DNA from: a virus
Lineage: Duplodnaviria > Caudoviricetes
Virus record (IMG/VR): IMGVR_UViG_3300042268_000564
DNA: 64,000 nt
Reading direction: 5' to 3' (one strand)
The stretch's first letter is position 1, and the number at the start of each line of letters is the position of its first letter. The notes under the pieces are model-generated. The model was not told where the DNA came from and did not search any database. It saw only the letters and a program-made list of their open reading frames with translations. Made by a program: the position numbers and the translations under genes. This document shows, piece after piece, positions 18,999-29,675 of the stretch.

Positions 18999-19885
18999 TA
19001 TGATTTACTGGTTTATGGTTTTCGGATTAATGTTTGCGGCGTATGAAACCGCAATGATAATTGCGACCTTGAAATATGCCCCCTATAAGATTAGAGGGGC
19101 AGAAGTCAGAATCATCGAAGAAATAACGATGGCAGATAACGAGACACAAAAATCAATTTATTACATTGAAGCTCAACATCCTTTATTCAAGCTAGTCTGG
19201 ATACCTTGTAGCGCAGCCAGCATTGTTCTGTCCGATAAAAAATACTATGATAGTATTGAAGAAGCGCAAAGAGTGGTGGACTCTTGGAAGTCCGCACGGG
19301 AAGCTCTTAATAATATTAAGACGGTTAAAAAGGTGGTAAAGAGTGAGCCTTGATACACCAAGACCAATAATTGCAGAGATTTACTATGCAGCCAATTGCC
19401 CTACCTGTCAAGGTTATGACTACAATCGTTTGATATGGTTCAATAATCTCAGGGCAGTATGTGAGCACATTGTGCGTGGTTGTGAAAATAACGAAAAGAT
19501 TGGCAACCTTTGGAATCCTGAGACTCATGAATCAATCTCTGACATTAAAATAAAATATACATTTGCTCGGCACTGTGTTGGGGAAGTTCTCATCGAAGCC
19601 GACGATGTAAAGATTCGGGTTATTCGAGACCCATATAAAGAGCACAAATACAAGATGGTGATAGAAAATGCTTTTTAAAAATAGAAAATTGACACCTGCT
19701 GATTTCTTGATGGAAAAATGCATAATGGAACATCGTAACGCTGGGCTTGAGGAATACAAAGAGCTTTGCGAAAAGATGTGGGAAACGATTAATAGAACTC
19801 ATACCGTGGTGAATGTTTTCCGCAATCATAAAGAACCTGCCCTGCAAGAAATGGGCAAAGCCATGTGGAAGGACATATTCGGCGA

Positions 19886-20173
19886 ATGATTTGTTTAAGG
19901 TGCGGTCACTGTTGTAAGCACTATGCTGTTGTTGTCGTCAAAGACTCGGAGAAAGGGATTTCAGAAGATAACCTCATAGCTAGACCCGGCGATGGAACGC
20001 CTTGCCCTCATTTGCGAGGTGATAAGCCCGGTGATTATTCCTGTGCTATTCACGAGAAGGAGTGGTATAAAGAAACGCCATGTTTTGCTCATGGTCAAAT
20101 AGAGTCGAGAAGCACTAATTGTCGGCTTGGAGAGTTTATTCTTAAGAAGCGAAAAGATGAAAATGGACATTAA
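19886..20173 (+). CDS. YkgJ-like cysteine-cluster protein
   Basis: CLRCGHCC...CPHL...CAIHE...C. Confidence 0.7.
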   Translation: MICLRCGHCCKHYAVVVVKDSEKGISEDNLIARPGDGTPCPHLRGDKPGDYSCAIHEKEWYKETPCFAHGQIESRSTNCRLGEFILKKRKDENGH

Positions 20174-20711
20174 TATTACAAGATTAAGGCTGATGCACAA
20201 TGTTTTTCTTTTGGAGAAATACGACAGAAGCATCCGGGATTTTGTTGAGGATGGCATTGATTTTTATGTATTTTATAGCCAGTCTTATCAGCGCATTATT
20301 GAGAAGCTGAAGCCAATCGTGATGGCAAAAGACTTAGACAGTTTAAAGCCCAATGTAATTATTGCGCTTGACGAGCTGGCAAAAAATCCTGTTTTTGATA
20401 CCAACTATAATGAGCCTTTTATGTTTTATAAATCGCTCATTCAGCATTTCGAGGACATTCTGACAGATGAATGCCTACATGAGTTATCAGGTGATGGTGG
20501 TTTTGCCAGTTGTAAAAAAAGTTGCGGAAAATATGACTTTGGCTGGCATTGCAAAGATAGCCCCGACAAACAGTGCCATTACTATGCTTTTGATTATGAC
20601 GACAAGACAGGCATTTTGCTTGCGAATGGGCAGGTTCATGAACTGAAACCACGGAAATGTGAATCATCGGATTCTTGTTATTTCTGTTGTGAACCAAGTG
20701 AGAAAAAATAG
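20157..20711 (+). CDS. hypothetical protein with Cys-rich C-terminus
   Basis: CKKSCG...WHCKDSPDKQCHY...CYFCCEP. Confidence 0.6.
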   Translation: MKMDINITRLRLMHNVFLLEKYDRSIRDFVEDGIDFYVFYSQSYQRIIEKLKPIVMAKDLDSLKPNVIIALDELAKNPVFDTNYNEPFMFYKSLIQHFEDILTDECLHELSGDGGFASCKKSCGKYDFGWHCKDSPDKQCHYYAFDYDDKTGILLANGQVHELKPRKCESSDSCYFCCEPSEKK

Positions 20712-20733
20712 GTGTCTTTAAAGACACCTATTT
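20707..20733. terminator. palindromic bidirectional terminator between convergent genes
   Basis: ATAGGTGTCTTT AAAGACACCTAT. Confidence 0.7.
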
Positions 20734-20749
20734 AAAATAATTGAAACGT

Positions 20750-21223
20750 TTATTGCTCTACAACTGTTCCAGAGAACGTAACATTAGAAATGCTGCAACT
20801 TATGGCTGCGCCAGCCAGTGGATTAGTTTTATAAGAGCCGGAGATGTTACAGTTTTCAATAGTGACATCTTGGAAAGTTGCTTTTGATGCATGACCAAAC
20901 AGGCCGTTAAATGCCAAGCCTTTCCTGTCAAAAAACAGAGCCTGAATTTTTTTCCCATTCCCAAGCAATTCACCTGTAAACGGGCTATCTGACGACCCAA
21001 TCGGTATCCATCCCGTCGCAATTACTTCGGCTGAGTAAGCCTCACTGACGCCAGGAGCCGCCGGAGGGGCGTTTTCGAAAATTTGGTTCTCTGCAAATTG
21101 AGAAAGGTTTATGTCTTGCATCAAAATATATGACGCAGACAAATTATTACGGATGTAGTTAAACTGGTCAGCGTTAAAGACCTGATAAGGATTGTTTTTA
21201 GAGCCATCGCCGTAAGTAAACAT
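20750..21223 (-). CDS. GLUG-type beta-helix protein (short)
   Basis: GDGSKNNPYQV, YILMQDINL, GWIPIG, FTGELLGNG, GLFG. Confidence 0.75.
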   Translation of the reverse strand: MFTYGDGSKNNPYQVFNADQFNYIRNNLSASYILMQDINLSQFAENQIFENAPPAAPGVSEAYSAEVIATGWIPIGSSDSPFTGELLGNGKKIQALFFDRKGLAFNGLFGHASKATFQDVTIENCNISGSYKTNPLAGAAISCSISNVTFSGTVVEQ

Positions 21224-21243
21224 ATTTATACCACCTCTTTATT

Positions 21244-22242
21244 TTATCTCAATAAAGGATAAGTAACGTTTTCTTGAATTTGCCAAACGTCTACAAAATC
21301 CCAGCCAGAGTATGTGCTTTGTTGTTTCATTTCAGAAGTTGTTTTTGCAATGCCGAGCAATGAGCTTGTTACTCCAGTTGCTTGGCTGTCCCAGAAATTG
21401 TTGCTGCCTGTGCCACCGGGCGCATAAGAACAAATGCCACTTGGTTGGCTGTTGTCAAGTTTTGTGCTTGTGACTACTGCAATACTGTAACAATTATTTA
21501 TAGAGCCATAACTGTCGGTTATTGCTGAGATGCCAGCACAGTAAGAGTTATATCCATTACTGACAGTTCCCCCTGACCAGCAGTTAGAGACAGATGTGCG
21601 TCCGACCCCAACGATTCCGCCAGTGAACCATCCGCCAGTAATGTTTGCTGTAGAATAGCACATTGTAATAGCACAGCCGTTGCTGGCGATTATATCGCCA
21701 GATGTACCAGCGATACCACCCGTATACCATCCGCCAGCAATATTGCCAGTAACATAGCAATTATGAACTATACAGTTAACTGTTGAGTTGCTGCCAAGTA
21801 TGCCGCCTGTTGCATTGGCGCCAGTCACATTAATGTCAGTCAGTGCAAGATTAGAAATGTTAGAATTGCCAGCATTCCCGAAAAAGCCGACATTGGCTGT
21901 TGTTCTGTTAATGAATAAATTTTTTACTGTATGGTGTTGCCCATTAAAGGTGCCTTGGAACGAGTTTGCTGCATCACCTATAGGAAGCCAGCCTTCACCT
22001 GCCGTCCAAAGAGTTTTGTTTGTAAGGTTCACATAGTCAGCGTCATTGTTAAAATCCAAGTCATTCATCAAGTAATAATTGCCAGTTAAGTTGTTTCTAA
22101 TATTGTAGAGGTCGTCTAATGTATATATTAAGATTGCGTCTGGGGGCAAAGGCTCGGCTTCGTTAGGCTTACCGACTAGAAAGCCATCGGGTGTAGCGAA
22201 GATATTGCCAAGCCCATCAGACCATACGGTTATGTCTGTCAT
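21244..22242 (-). CDS. GLUG-motif beta-helix protein, probable virion accessory
   Basis: YYLMNDLDF, GWLPIG, FQGTFNGQ, repeated TGGI(A/L/V)G, WDFVDVW...YPLLR. Confidence 0.8.
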   Translation of the reverse strand: MTDITVWSDGLGNIFATPDGFLVGKPNEAEPLPPDAILIYTLDDLYNIRNNLTGNYYLMNDLDFNNDADYVNLTNKTLWTAGEGWLPIGDAANSFQGTFNGQHHTVKNLFINRTTANVGFFGNAGNSNISNLALTDINVTGANATGGILGSNSTVNCIVHNCYVTGNIAGGWYTGGIAGTSGDIIASNGCAITMCYSTANITGGWFTGGIVGVGRTSVSNCWSGGTVSNGYNSYCAGISAITDSYGSINNCYSIAVVTSTKLDNSQPSGICSYAPGGTGSNNFWDSQATGVTSSLLGIAKTTSEMKQQSTYSGWDFVDVWQIQENVTYPLLR

Positions 22243-22323
22243 AAAAATCTCCTTTATTTTTTACAATTTAGAAAGAGGGCATACTCGCAGGGTAAAAATA
22301 TTATCCCTCTCTTTAAGACTTTA

Positions 22324-22351
22324 TTGACAAGAATAAACGAGTTTATATAAT
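22324..22351 (+). promoter_or_regulatory. promoter, 16-bp spacer, leaderless start
   Basis: TTGACA-N16-TATAAT-N6-ATG(22358). Confidence 0.8.
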
Positions 22352-22357
22352 AGATAT

Positions 22358-22615
22358 ATGAAACCAAGACCATTAACAAAAAAAGAACTTAAAGCAAGAG
22401 CTAATGGTTCGGCTGTTTTTGTAGTCTGTTTGGACAAAACTGCTTTCGCTGCCGACCCGATACAGGGATGGGGATTGTTGAGGACTTCTTTGGTAAGGTT
22501 GTGGTATCACATGGACTTAATGGTTTTTGATTATCATTTCGAGGATTACGGCAAGTTGTGGGTGGCGTATGATAGTTGTGTGGATGAATCTTTGTTGGGA
22601 GATTGGCGCAAGTGA
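22358..22615 (+). CDS. hypothetical phage protein
   Basis: PLTxxEL...DYGKLWVAY pattern seen in phage proteins. Confidence 0.6.
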   Translation: MKPRPLTKKELKARANGSAVFVVCLDKTAFAADPIQGWGLLRTSLVRLWYHMDLMVFDYHFEDYGKLWVAYDSCVDESLLGDWRK

Positions 22616-23068
22616 GAGTAACTACTGGAGATGAAAAGCTCGTGCAAGCCTTTGAGTTGGCTTTTAATGCCTTCATACAAAGAGAATTTAATGGGAAAAT
22701 CCTCAACGAAAAAACCTTAGAAGAGCTGAAAATTGCTACGAATATGTTTGCAACCAATTTTGAAAAAAGTATCGGCATGAAGATGCCGCAAATCATTATA
22801 AAACAAAATGGGCAAACAATAGAATTTACTATTGTAGAACCAAGAAGGAAGTTATGACAGAAAGAATTTTTTGGGATTGCGACGGCAATGAGCTTAATGC
22901 TGGCGATGAAGTAATTTATGTGGACTCTGTTGGTAATGATATCAGCTTAAGACGTGGCACATTACTTCGTATTACGGATTCAGGAAACTTGCAAATAGAA
23001 TATCAAGACAAAAATTGCACTATCACAGCCACGAGACCTGTAAAAATGGTGATGAAAGCCAGAATTTA

Positions 23069-23224
23069 ATGGATTTTGATATTGAACTTGCTCAAGATTC
23101 GCTTAACAATAAACGAACAAAGACCAATCTCACTCCTGTAAAGCGTGAAGCTATTGCTTTTATGGCGTGCCGTGATGAATTTTATTTGTTGCAGCTTGAG
23201 TTGCATCGGTATAATAGGAATTAG
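23069..23224 (+). CDS. small protein MDFDIELAQ... (possibly truncated by the adjacent TnpB element)
   Basis: TAATG overlap; shares the FDIEL N-terminus with 675-893. Confidence 0.45.
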   Translation: MDFDIELAQDSLNNKRTKTNLTPVKREAIAFMACRDEFYLLQLELHRYNRN

Positions 23225-23233
23225 AGAATACTG

Positions 23234-24292
23234 ATGATTCGACGAGTACAACTTAATATCAATTATGCAAATAACGTGAAATTAACAACGTTAGACAGCT
23301 TTTTTGTTGAAGCTGCAAATGTTATTAATTTGTACATTGATAAATTATGGGTTAATCAAGATTTTAGTAGTAAATTTGTAACCGAGAAAGTGGAGACTTG
23401 GCTATCAGCTAGGATGCAACAATGTCTTGGCAAGCAAGCTCTTGAAATCGTAAAATCTCAACGGAAAAAGAAGAAAAGAAGCAAGCCTGTTTTTCAACGA
23501 AAAACATTTAACTTAGACAGTAGATTCGTAAAAATAACACAAGATGTAAATAGTTTTGATATCTGGATTACACTAACATCTATTGGCAACAAAATAAAAT
23601 TAATATTGCCAAGTAAAAAACATCAACATTTTCATAAGTTTGATAAGTGGGAATTACAGAAATCAATCCGAGTTAGAAAAAATAATGATGGAAAATATTT
23701 CGTCGACGTTTACTTTAAAAAAGAAGAAAAAGTAAAAGAGACAGAAGGCGATGTAATCGGTTTAGATATTGGCTATAAAAAATTAATAACATGTTCTGAT
23801 GGAAAATTTTATGGCGAAAATGTGGATGAAATTTATAATAAAATATCCCGAAAGAAACAAGGCAGCAAGGCTTTTAAACGAGCCTTGACCGAACGAGACA
23901 ATAAAACAAATAAGATTGTAAATCAAATACAAATAGAGACTAGAAATATAAAAGAAATTGTAGTCGAAGATTTAAAGAATTTGAAACGTGGAACTAAGGG
24001 GCATCTTCGGAAGTCCTTTGTAAATAAGTTGCAGCGGTGGTCTTACGTAAATGTTTTGCGTAAATTATCGTGCATGGCAGAAGAGTTAGGTTTTGTTTTA
24101 ACTAAGATAAATCCTGCTTATACTAGCCAAAAATGCAGCAAATGTGGAGTGATTTGTAAAACAAACCGACAAGGTGAAAGTTACAAATGTGCTTGCGGTT
24201 TAGAGATGGATGCAGACTTAAATGCAGCTATTAATATTCTGCACTTGGGAATTTATAGTTCTCAAGCTTTATGTATGAAATTGCACAAATAA
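23234..24292 (+). mobile_element. tnpB: TnpB RNA-guided nuclease (IS200/IS605 family), no tnpA
   Basis: GLDIG, VVEDL, NPAYTSQKCSKCG...CACG..MDADLNAAINI. Confidence 0.92.
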
Positions 24293-24355
24293 TAAATATT
24301 TGGCAAATTTTATGCAACTATGATAATCATAACGGAATTTTCAGGAGGATTTAAA

Positions 24356-24670
24356 ATGGACGTGATAGACGTAAAAGATTTTCAGAACGATGTTCTTAAC
24401 CATAAAGGCTTGGTATTAGTAGATTTTTGGGCTACTTGGTGCGCACCTTGTCGACAAATGCACTCTGTCATGGAATTGCTGGCAGTAAAACATTCTGACG
24501 TTAAAATTGCCAAAGTAAATATCGAAGACCACCCAGAGCTTCCCAACACATACGGAGTAGCCTCTGTTCCAACTTTTCTTTTGTTTAAAGACGGTGACGT
24601 AAAGGCGAGTCTTGTTGGTGTTAATCCTGCGGCAGTTTTTGAAAAGTTATTTGAAGATTGGAGAGAGTAA
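24356..24670 (+). CDS. trxA: thioredoxin
   Basis: LVDFWATWCAPC, SVPT; AGGAGG SD before ATG 24356. Confidence 0.93.
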   Translation: MDVIDVKDFQNDVLNHKGLVLVDFWATWCAPCRQMHSVMELLAVKHSDVKIAKVNIEDHPELPNTYGVASVPTFLLFKDGDVKASLVGVNPAAVFEKLFEDWRE

Positions 24671-24914
24671 TGCAGGATGGTAGATATTATTTCAGGCTTG
24701 ACCGTGAAAAGATGGTTATGGAGCCTATAAAGTTTGAGAATTTTGGCGATATTTGTAAAGATGATATCGTAATGTATGTCGATGTTGATGACTCTGTCAC
24801 AGATAATCCTATGTTAAGTAGCACGCCATTATTCAAAGTGAATGATGTGGGCACTAATGAACAAGGTGAAAAATATCTGCAATCAGACAGAGTTACACAA
24901 TTCTTTGTTGATTT

Positions 24915-25673
24915 GTGATGATTGACCTATTGCATGGCGATTGTCTTGATGAAATGCATAAGATTCAAGACAAGTCTGTAGATTTCATTTGTTGCGACTT
25001 GCCTTACGGCGCAATCGCGCAGGAATGGGACAAGCAGATAGATATTGTCATGTTATGGGAACATTACAATAGAATCCTTAAAAAAGATGGTACAATCGCA
25101 TTATTCGGCTCACAGCCATTTACCACACAATTAATCGCAAGTAACTTAAAGGATTTCAAATATTGCTGGTATTGGATTAAGAATCAGGGAACCAATTTCT
25201 TTCATGCCAATAAAATGCCAATAAGAAAAGTCGAAGAAATATGCATATTCAAAAATGGTAAATATTTCCCTCAAAAAACAAAAGGGCACGAACCTACCAG
25301 AGCCGCAATAGGTTGCAGTAACGGGAACGCCTACCATGGTGATAATAAGCGGAATTATGAGGGTGGCGATACAACAAGGATGCCGACGAATGTGTTGAGT
25401 TTCAAGTGTGTGGATAATTACAATCGGTTTCATGTGTCAGAAAAGCCTGTTGATTTGTTGAGATATTTGGTGAAAACATACACAAATGAAAATGATGTGG
25501 TGCTTGATAATTGCATGGGCAGTGGCTCTATGGGGGTTGCTTGTATTGAAACAGGACGGCGGTTTGTTGGGATAGAACTGGAACAGGAATATTTCGCTAT
25601 AGCATCTGATAGAATTAATAATGCTTACAGAGATAATTCTGTCGATTTTGAAGAGGTGGACATGTTCGAATGA
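24915..25673 (+). CDS. DNA methyltransferase, beta class; ends EEVDMFE*
   Basis: CCDLPY, HVSEKP and DNCMGSGS motifs. Confidence 0.92.
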   Translation: MMIDLLHGDCLDEMHKIQDKSVDFICCDLPYGAIAQEWDKQIDIVMLWEHYNRILKKDGTIALFGSQPFTTQLIASNLKDFKYCWYWIKNQGTNFFHANKMPIRKVEEICIFKNGKYFPQKTKGHEPTRAAIGCSNGNAYHGDNKRNYEGGDTTRMPTNVLSFKCVDNYNRFHVSEKPVDLLRYLVKTYTNENDVVLDNCMGSGSMGVACIETGRRFVGIELEQEYFAIASDRINNAYRDNSVDFEEVDMFE

Positions 25674-25898
25674 GATATGAATTAAAGCCGCCGATTTACT
25701 TTGTAGGGCAAACAGTATTTTTTGTAGATAAAGCCACTAGAAAAAGAATTGAGCAACATGGCACAATAAGACAGGTTAAGACTAATTATTTCTTGCAAGA
25801 TAGAGGGAAGGTTGTAAAAGGCGGACATGTTTATCTTATTAAGGCAGATGGGAAAGAAATTTGGGTCAGTGAAAATAACATTTTACGAGTAATATTAT

Positions 25899-26384
25899 AT
25901 GGGTGGTGAACTAATGGATAAATGTCAACGATTCTTTGACTTGTATGTTGATGCAGATTTTGTAGCATGGCAAAAAGCATGTATGAAATACAAGAAAGCC
26001 CTGAATCGGTTCAACATTGCTGATTACACGTCTTACAATTCTTTCAAAGATTGGTCTGACGATTTGTCTGAACTTGTGAATGAGATTATAAGAGCTAGGA
26101 AGCTTTATAAAAGATACCTCGGCAAGATTGTTTATGGCAAGAATTTAAACGAGATAACAACCTGTTACATCATTGTAGGGATGAATTCAGTTGGAAACTT
26201 TGTATTGAGTGAGATTAACCGTCCTCATATTGTTAAGTGTGCTGATTACCTGTTGGCTTATTATGAGTTTTTTGATGCTGCTGGTTATCTTGCTGAATGG
26301 CGAAAAACATCTTTAGAAGAGTGTAAGCAGAGTATTGCCTATTTCAAAGATGCAGATGAAAAGTTCGAAGTGGAATTGGATTAA
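25899..26384 (+). CDS. hypothetical protein
   Basis: Coding-strand ORF. Confidence 0.55.
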   Translation: MGGELMDKCQRFFDLYVDADFVAWQKACMKYKKALNRFNIADYTSYNSFKDWSDDLSELVNEIIRARKLYKRYLGKIVYGKNLNEITTCYIIVGMNSVGNFVLSEINRPHIVKCADYLLAYYEFFDAAGYLAEWRKTSLEECKQSIAYFKDADEKFEVELD

Positions 26385-26659
26385 ATTTTAGGATTGTGCT
26401 CACCTGAGCATGATATGCACATTCCGCTGATTGTGTTGCCTTTGTAAGTTCTTGTTCCACATTTGGAACAGTTTATAAAGTCTCCCTGACTGTTGACACC
26501 ATAACACTTGTCAACGATTTCTTTAATATCCGGCCACATTAGTCCTGAGCCTTGTTTTGTAACTGATACTACCGCAACTATCATATCAAACATGGTTTCA
26601 GGCTTCTGGTCGTTCATAAAGGTTTTGATTGCGTTGGTTAGTTGTTCTTGTTTGGTCAT
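26381..26659 (-). CDS. small zinc-ribbon protein
   Basis: CSKCG...CISC. Confidence 0.55.
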   Translation of the reverse strand: MTKQEQLTNAIKTFMNDQKPETMFDMIVAVVSVTKQGSGLMWPDIKEIVDKCYGVNSQGDFINCSKCGTRTYKGNTISGMCISCSGEHNPKI

Positions 26660-26715
26660 AGTAGTTCCTTATTTACGCACAAGCAGGTAAACCGTTCAAG
26701 CAAAGTTATAAAAAC

Positions 26716-27918
26716 TTAAACTTGTCTTTGTTCATGGGGGACGGTACGCACCCCACTCAAGAAACGATTGCGGATATTCAGGCTCCCATTATAGTCAGCA
26801 TCTAAAGATACATGACATTGTTCGCAATCATATCTTTCACCATTTCTTGATTCCTTGCAGATTGCTCCGCAATTAGAACATATTTGACTCGTATACTCAG
26901 GCGCAACAAATGCAAGAAAAACACGGTTTTCCGCACATTTATTGGCTAATCGCCCGAATAAAAGTCTACTATTCCAGCTCCCCAAAGTTTTTCGATGTTC
27001 CTTGGAGGATTTGCCTCTTTTGCTCATGTGACGAACCTTGAGGTCTTCCAAAACAATAGCACAAACATCTTTCAAATCCAGCTTGTTTACTTGTTGTCCA
27101 ATATAGTCTTTAATCTCGGCAATAGTCTGTTTTGAGTTTTTACTGCCACGTTTCCTGCGTTTTAACTTTTGGATTTTGGCTTCTATGTCTCTACCCAAAA
27201 ATTCACCTTCAGACGTTGACATCAGTTTCTTGATTCCAACGTCAATACCAACAACCTTGCCAGTTGCTTTAATTTCAAGAGTTTCTTTTTCCAGAAACAA
27301 ATTAACGTACAGTTTATTGTCTATTCTGCGTAGTTGTACAGAAGACTTAACTGCATATCCGCTGTTAATATGTCTGTTAAACAGAGCATGTTTCTTAGTT
27401 GGCAATAATAAAGAAATTCGATTGCCGAAGATAGAGCCTAGTCTTACAGCGAGGTCAAATATTTTCATTTTATTGGGAGACAAATATATCGTAACAAGGT
27501 CACTATTCAGGTCTATCGAGTTCCCGTTAAAAACAGGAACTTTGACTCTATCTCGGAACTTTCTGTCTTTTGCCCATACAGACCATTTTTGAGCCGTAAG
27601 TGCTTGAAATTTATTTTTGCCTTTGGCATAAGCATATACTCGTTTGTAAGCCTGATAAATTCGTTTCTGGTTCTTGGCTTGGGTTGCCTTTATCATTTGA
27701 ACGGCTTGACGATAGGCGCATTTTACGGCTTTGCCACACAACCAAGTCGTAACACGTCTCCACTGTGTTGCATTGGCTTTTGAAACAAGCTTCTTTTCGT
27801 TCCAATATAGAGTGATAAATTCATTGACAACACGTTGATATTCAACAAACAGCGAATCTAAAAGTTCTCGTTTTTTCGCTGTTATGAACTTTAAACTGTG
27901 TTGTGTACGTTTTATCAT
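26716..27918 (-). CDS. tnpB: TnpB RNA-guided nuclease
   Basis: GIDVG, VLEDL, PEYTSQICSNCG...CEQC..DADYNGSLNI. Confidence 0.92.
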   Translation of the reverse strand: MIKRTQHSLKFITAKKRELLDSLFVEYQRVVNEFITLYWNEKKLVSKANATQWRRVTTWLCGKAVKCAYRQAVQMIKATQAKNQKRIYQAYKRVYAYAKGKNKFQALTAQKWSVWAKDRKFRDRVKVPVFNGNSIDLNSDLVTIYLSPNKMKIFDLAVRLGSIFGNRISLLLPTKKHALFNRHINSGYAVKSSVQLRRIDNKLYVNLFLEKETLEIKATGKVVGIDVGIKKLMSTSEGEFLGRDIEAKIQKLKRRKRGSKNSKQTIAEIKDYIGQQVNKLDLKDVCAIVLEDLKVRHMSKRGKSSKEHRKTLGSWNSRLLFGRLANKCAENRVFLAFVAPEYTSQICSNCGAICKESRNGERYDCEQCHVSLDADYNGSLNIRNRFLSGVRTVPHEQRQV

Positions 27919-28064
27919 TTTTCGGGGGTTTGCTTCTTTTGTTTTGCTAGATATTCTTCGCAGGCTCGACGAATAACATCAGAAGTTGCAAGCCCTTTGG
28001 CTTGGGCGTGCTTCTTCAAGTCTTCCATTAGTGGTTCGGACAAATATATTTGAAATCTTTTCAT
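27915..28064 (-). CDS. ribbon-helix-helix (CopG-like) protein, 49 aa
   Basis: MKRFQIYLSEPLMEDLKKHAQAKGLATSDVIRRACEEYL; ATGA overlap with tnpB; not in the ORF track. Confidence 0.85.
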   Translation of the reverse strand: MKRFQIYLSEPLMEDLKKHAQAKGLATSDVIRRACEEYLAKQKKQTPEK

Positions 28065-28313
28065 GTCTTTATTATACACCTATTCGGCGTATTTGTCAAA
28101 AACATACAAATATAATTTTACATAAAAATATTTAGCCATGTTTTAAGACCTTCTACGAATTTCACTACATCTTTCATTGTTGCTTCCATGTTCTCGGCTC
28201 CTTTTTGTTTTTATCTTTATACCTTAATTATAATAAAACACAAAAAAATGTCAAGTAAGTTAGAAAAGTTTTTTCAAAGATATAATAGTAAAAAAGCGTG
28301 ATGGAGATGCTAC

Positions 28314-29675
28314 ATGATTGAATGTAAAGATAGTTTAGAATTTTTGAAAGAACGCCAAGACTATGAGAATGATATAATTTTCGCAGACCCACCATATGCA
28401 CTTGGCTCTGAGATAATGATAAGACCTGACGGTAAAGTAGATTACAAAAAAGCCGCTGATTTTATGGGCAAGTGGGATATGCCCACAGGTGATTGGTGGG
28501 AACAGTGGTTTAAAGAAGCTTTCAGAAGCTTAAAGCACGGTGGTTATTGTATCTTATATGGTGTAGACCGCCAGTTACTTCTTTTTAAGTATTATGCTGC
28601 TTTAGCAGGTTTCATAGAACAGCAGAGCCTTTATTGGGCGTTTCTTAGTAATTTCCCAAAATCGGTTGACTTGAGCAAGATGCTTGATAAACATTATGGC
28701 TGCGAGCGAGAGGTTATAGGCAAATGTTTTGATGGCAAAGGTTCTGATAGTGGCAGTGGAATCTATGCCATGAATAATGGTGAATCGAACCTCGGAAAAG
28801 AATATGATATCACTGCCCCCTCTCATGAATTAGCAAAAAAATATGATGGTTATAAATACAGCATATCACCTCTAAAACAAACCAACGAAACTGTAATGGT
28901 CTTTCAAAAGCCATATAAATCAGGCTCTTGCTTGCACGATACGTTGGCTTATGAAAACGGCGACAATACTTGTTGTTGTGGTGCGTTAAATATTGATGGA
29001 AATAGAGTTGCTACTGATGAAGAGCTTGGCAGGCAACAGGATAAAAGTCCTTTACCGCCAGAAAAAGGGTTTAATAATAATAGTATTGGTGGTAAGTTTC
29101 AGGCAGGAAATCCAGCAGGACGTTTCCCTGCACAAACCCTTGTTGACTCGAAAATGGCTAAAGCATTAGACAATCAAACTGATTCGGCTGATGGTGCTTC
29201 AAAATTGTTGCATATTTGTGACTTTGAATCAGATGAGCTTGAGCTTTACTATTATGAACCAAAGGTAAGCAAGAATGAACGTGACGCAGGTCTGGAAGAA
29301 CTCGACCCAACAAATGCTAATAGGAACAAAGCTGCTTTAACCGCAGTGGAGAACAGAGAAGCGTCAAGTAAAAATCCACATCCAACATTGAAACCATTGT
29401 CTTTGAACTTCCGTATTTTGAGCCTGTTTAAAACGCCTAACCCGCAGCGAATTTGCTTCCCTTTTGCTGGCAGCGGCTCAGAGGTTATCGGGGGCATTAA
29501 GGCAGGCTTTACAGATTGGACGGCGTGTGAGCTTTCGCAGGAATATGTAGATATTGCGATGAAGCGTATTGAATATTATTCAAAAGGTGCGCCGGAACGC
29601 AAGGTAATAAAAGCTGTTGATGCCGATGGTAATGAAAAGAAAGTTATCGTTGAGCAATTGGATATGTTTGAATGA
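28314..29675 (+). CDS. DNA methyltransferase, beta class, large insert; ends EQLDMFE*
   Basis: FADPPY, HPTLKP and PFAGSGS motifs; paralog of 2924-4348. Confidence 0.9.
   Translation: MIECKDSLEFLKERQDYENDIIFADPPYALGSEIMIRPDGKVDYKKAADFMGKWDMPTGDWWEQWFKEAFRSLKHGGYCILYGVDRQLLLFKYYAALAGFIEQQSLYWAFLSNFPKSVDLSKMLDKHYGCEREVIGKCFDGKGSDSGSGIYAMNNGESNLGKEYDITAPSHELAKKYDGYKYSISPLKQTNETVMVFQKPYKSGSCLHDTLAYENGDNTCCCGALNIDGNRVATDEELGRQQDKSPLPPEKGFNNNSIGGKFQAGNPAGRFPAQTLVDSKMAKALDNQTDSADGASKLLHICDFESDELELYYYEPKVSKNERDAGLEELDPTNANRNKAALTAVENREASSKNPHPTLKPLSLNFRILSLFKTPNPQRICFPFAGSGSEVIGGIKAGFTDWTACELSQEYVDIAMKRIEYYSKGAPERKVIKAVDADGNEKKVIVEQLDMFE

Larger units (their letters stand above)
26699..28133 (-). mobile_element. 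non-autonomous RHH-TnpB element inserted in a small gene
   Basis: Removing it at the shared GCT junction restores a 32-aa ORF (28189 to 26656). Confidence 0.6.

Noticed and set aside
23190-24325. AGTTGCAT/ATGCAACT as terminal inverted repeats of the first TnpB element
   Set aside because: Only 8 bp, IS200/IS605 elements lack TIRs, and I could not reconstruct a convincing empty site.
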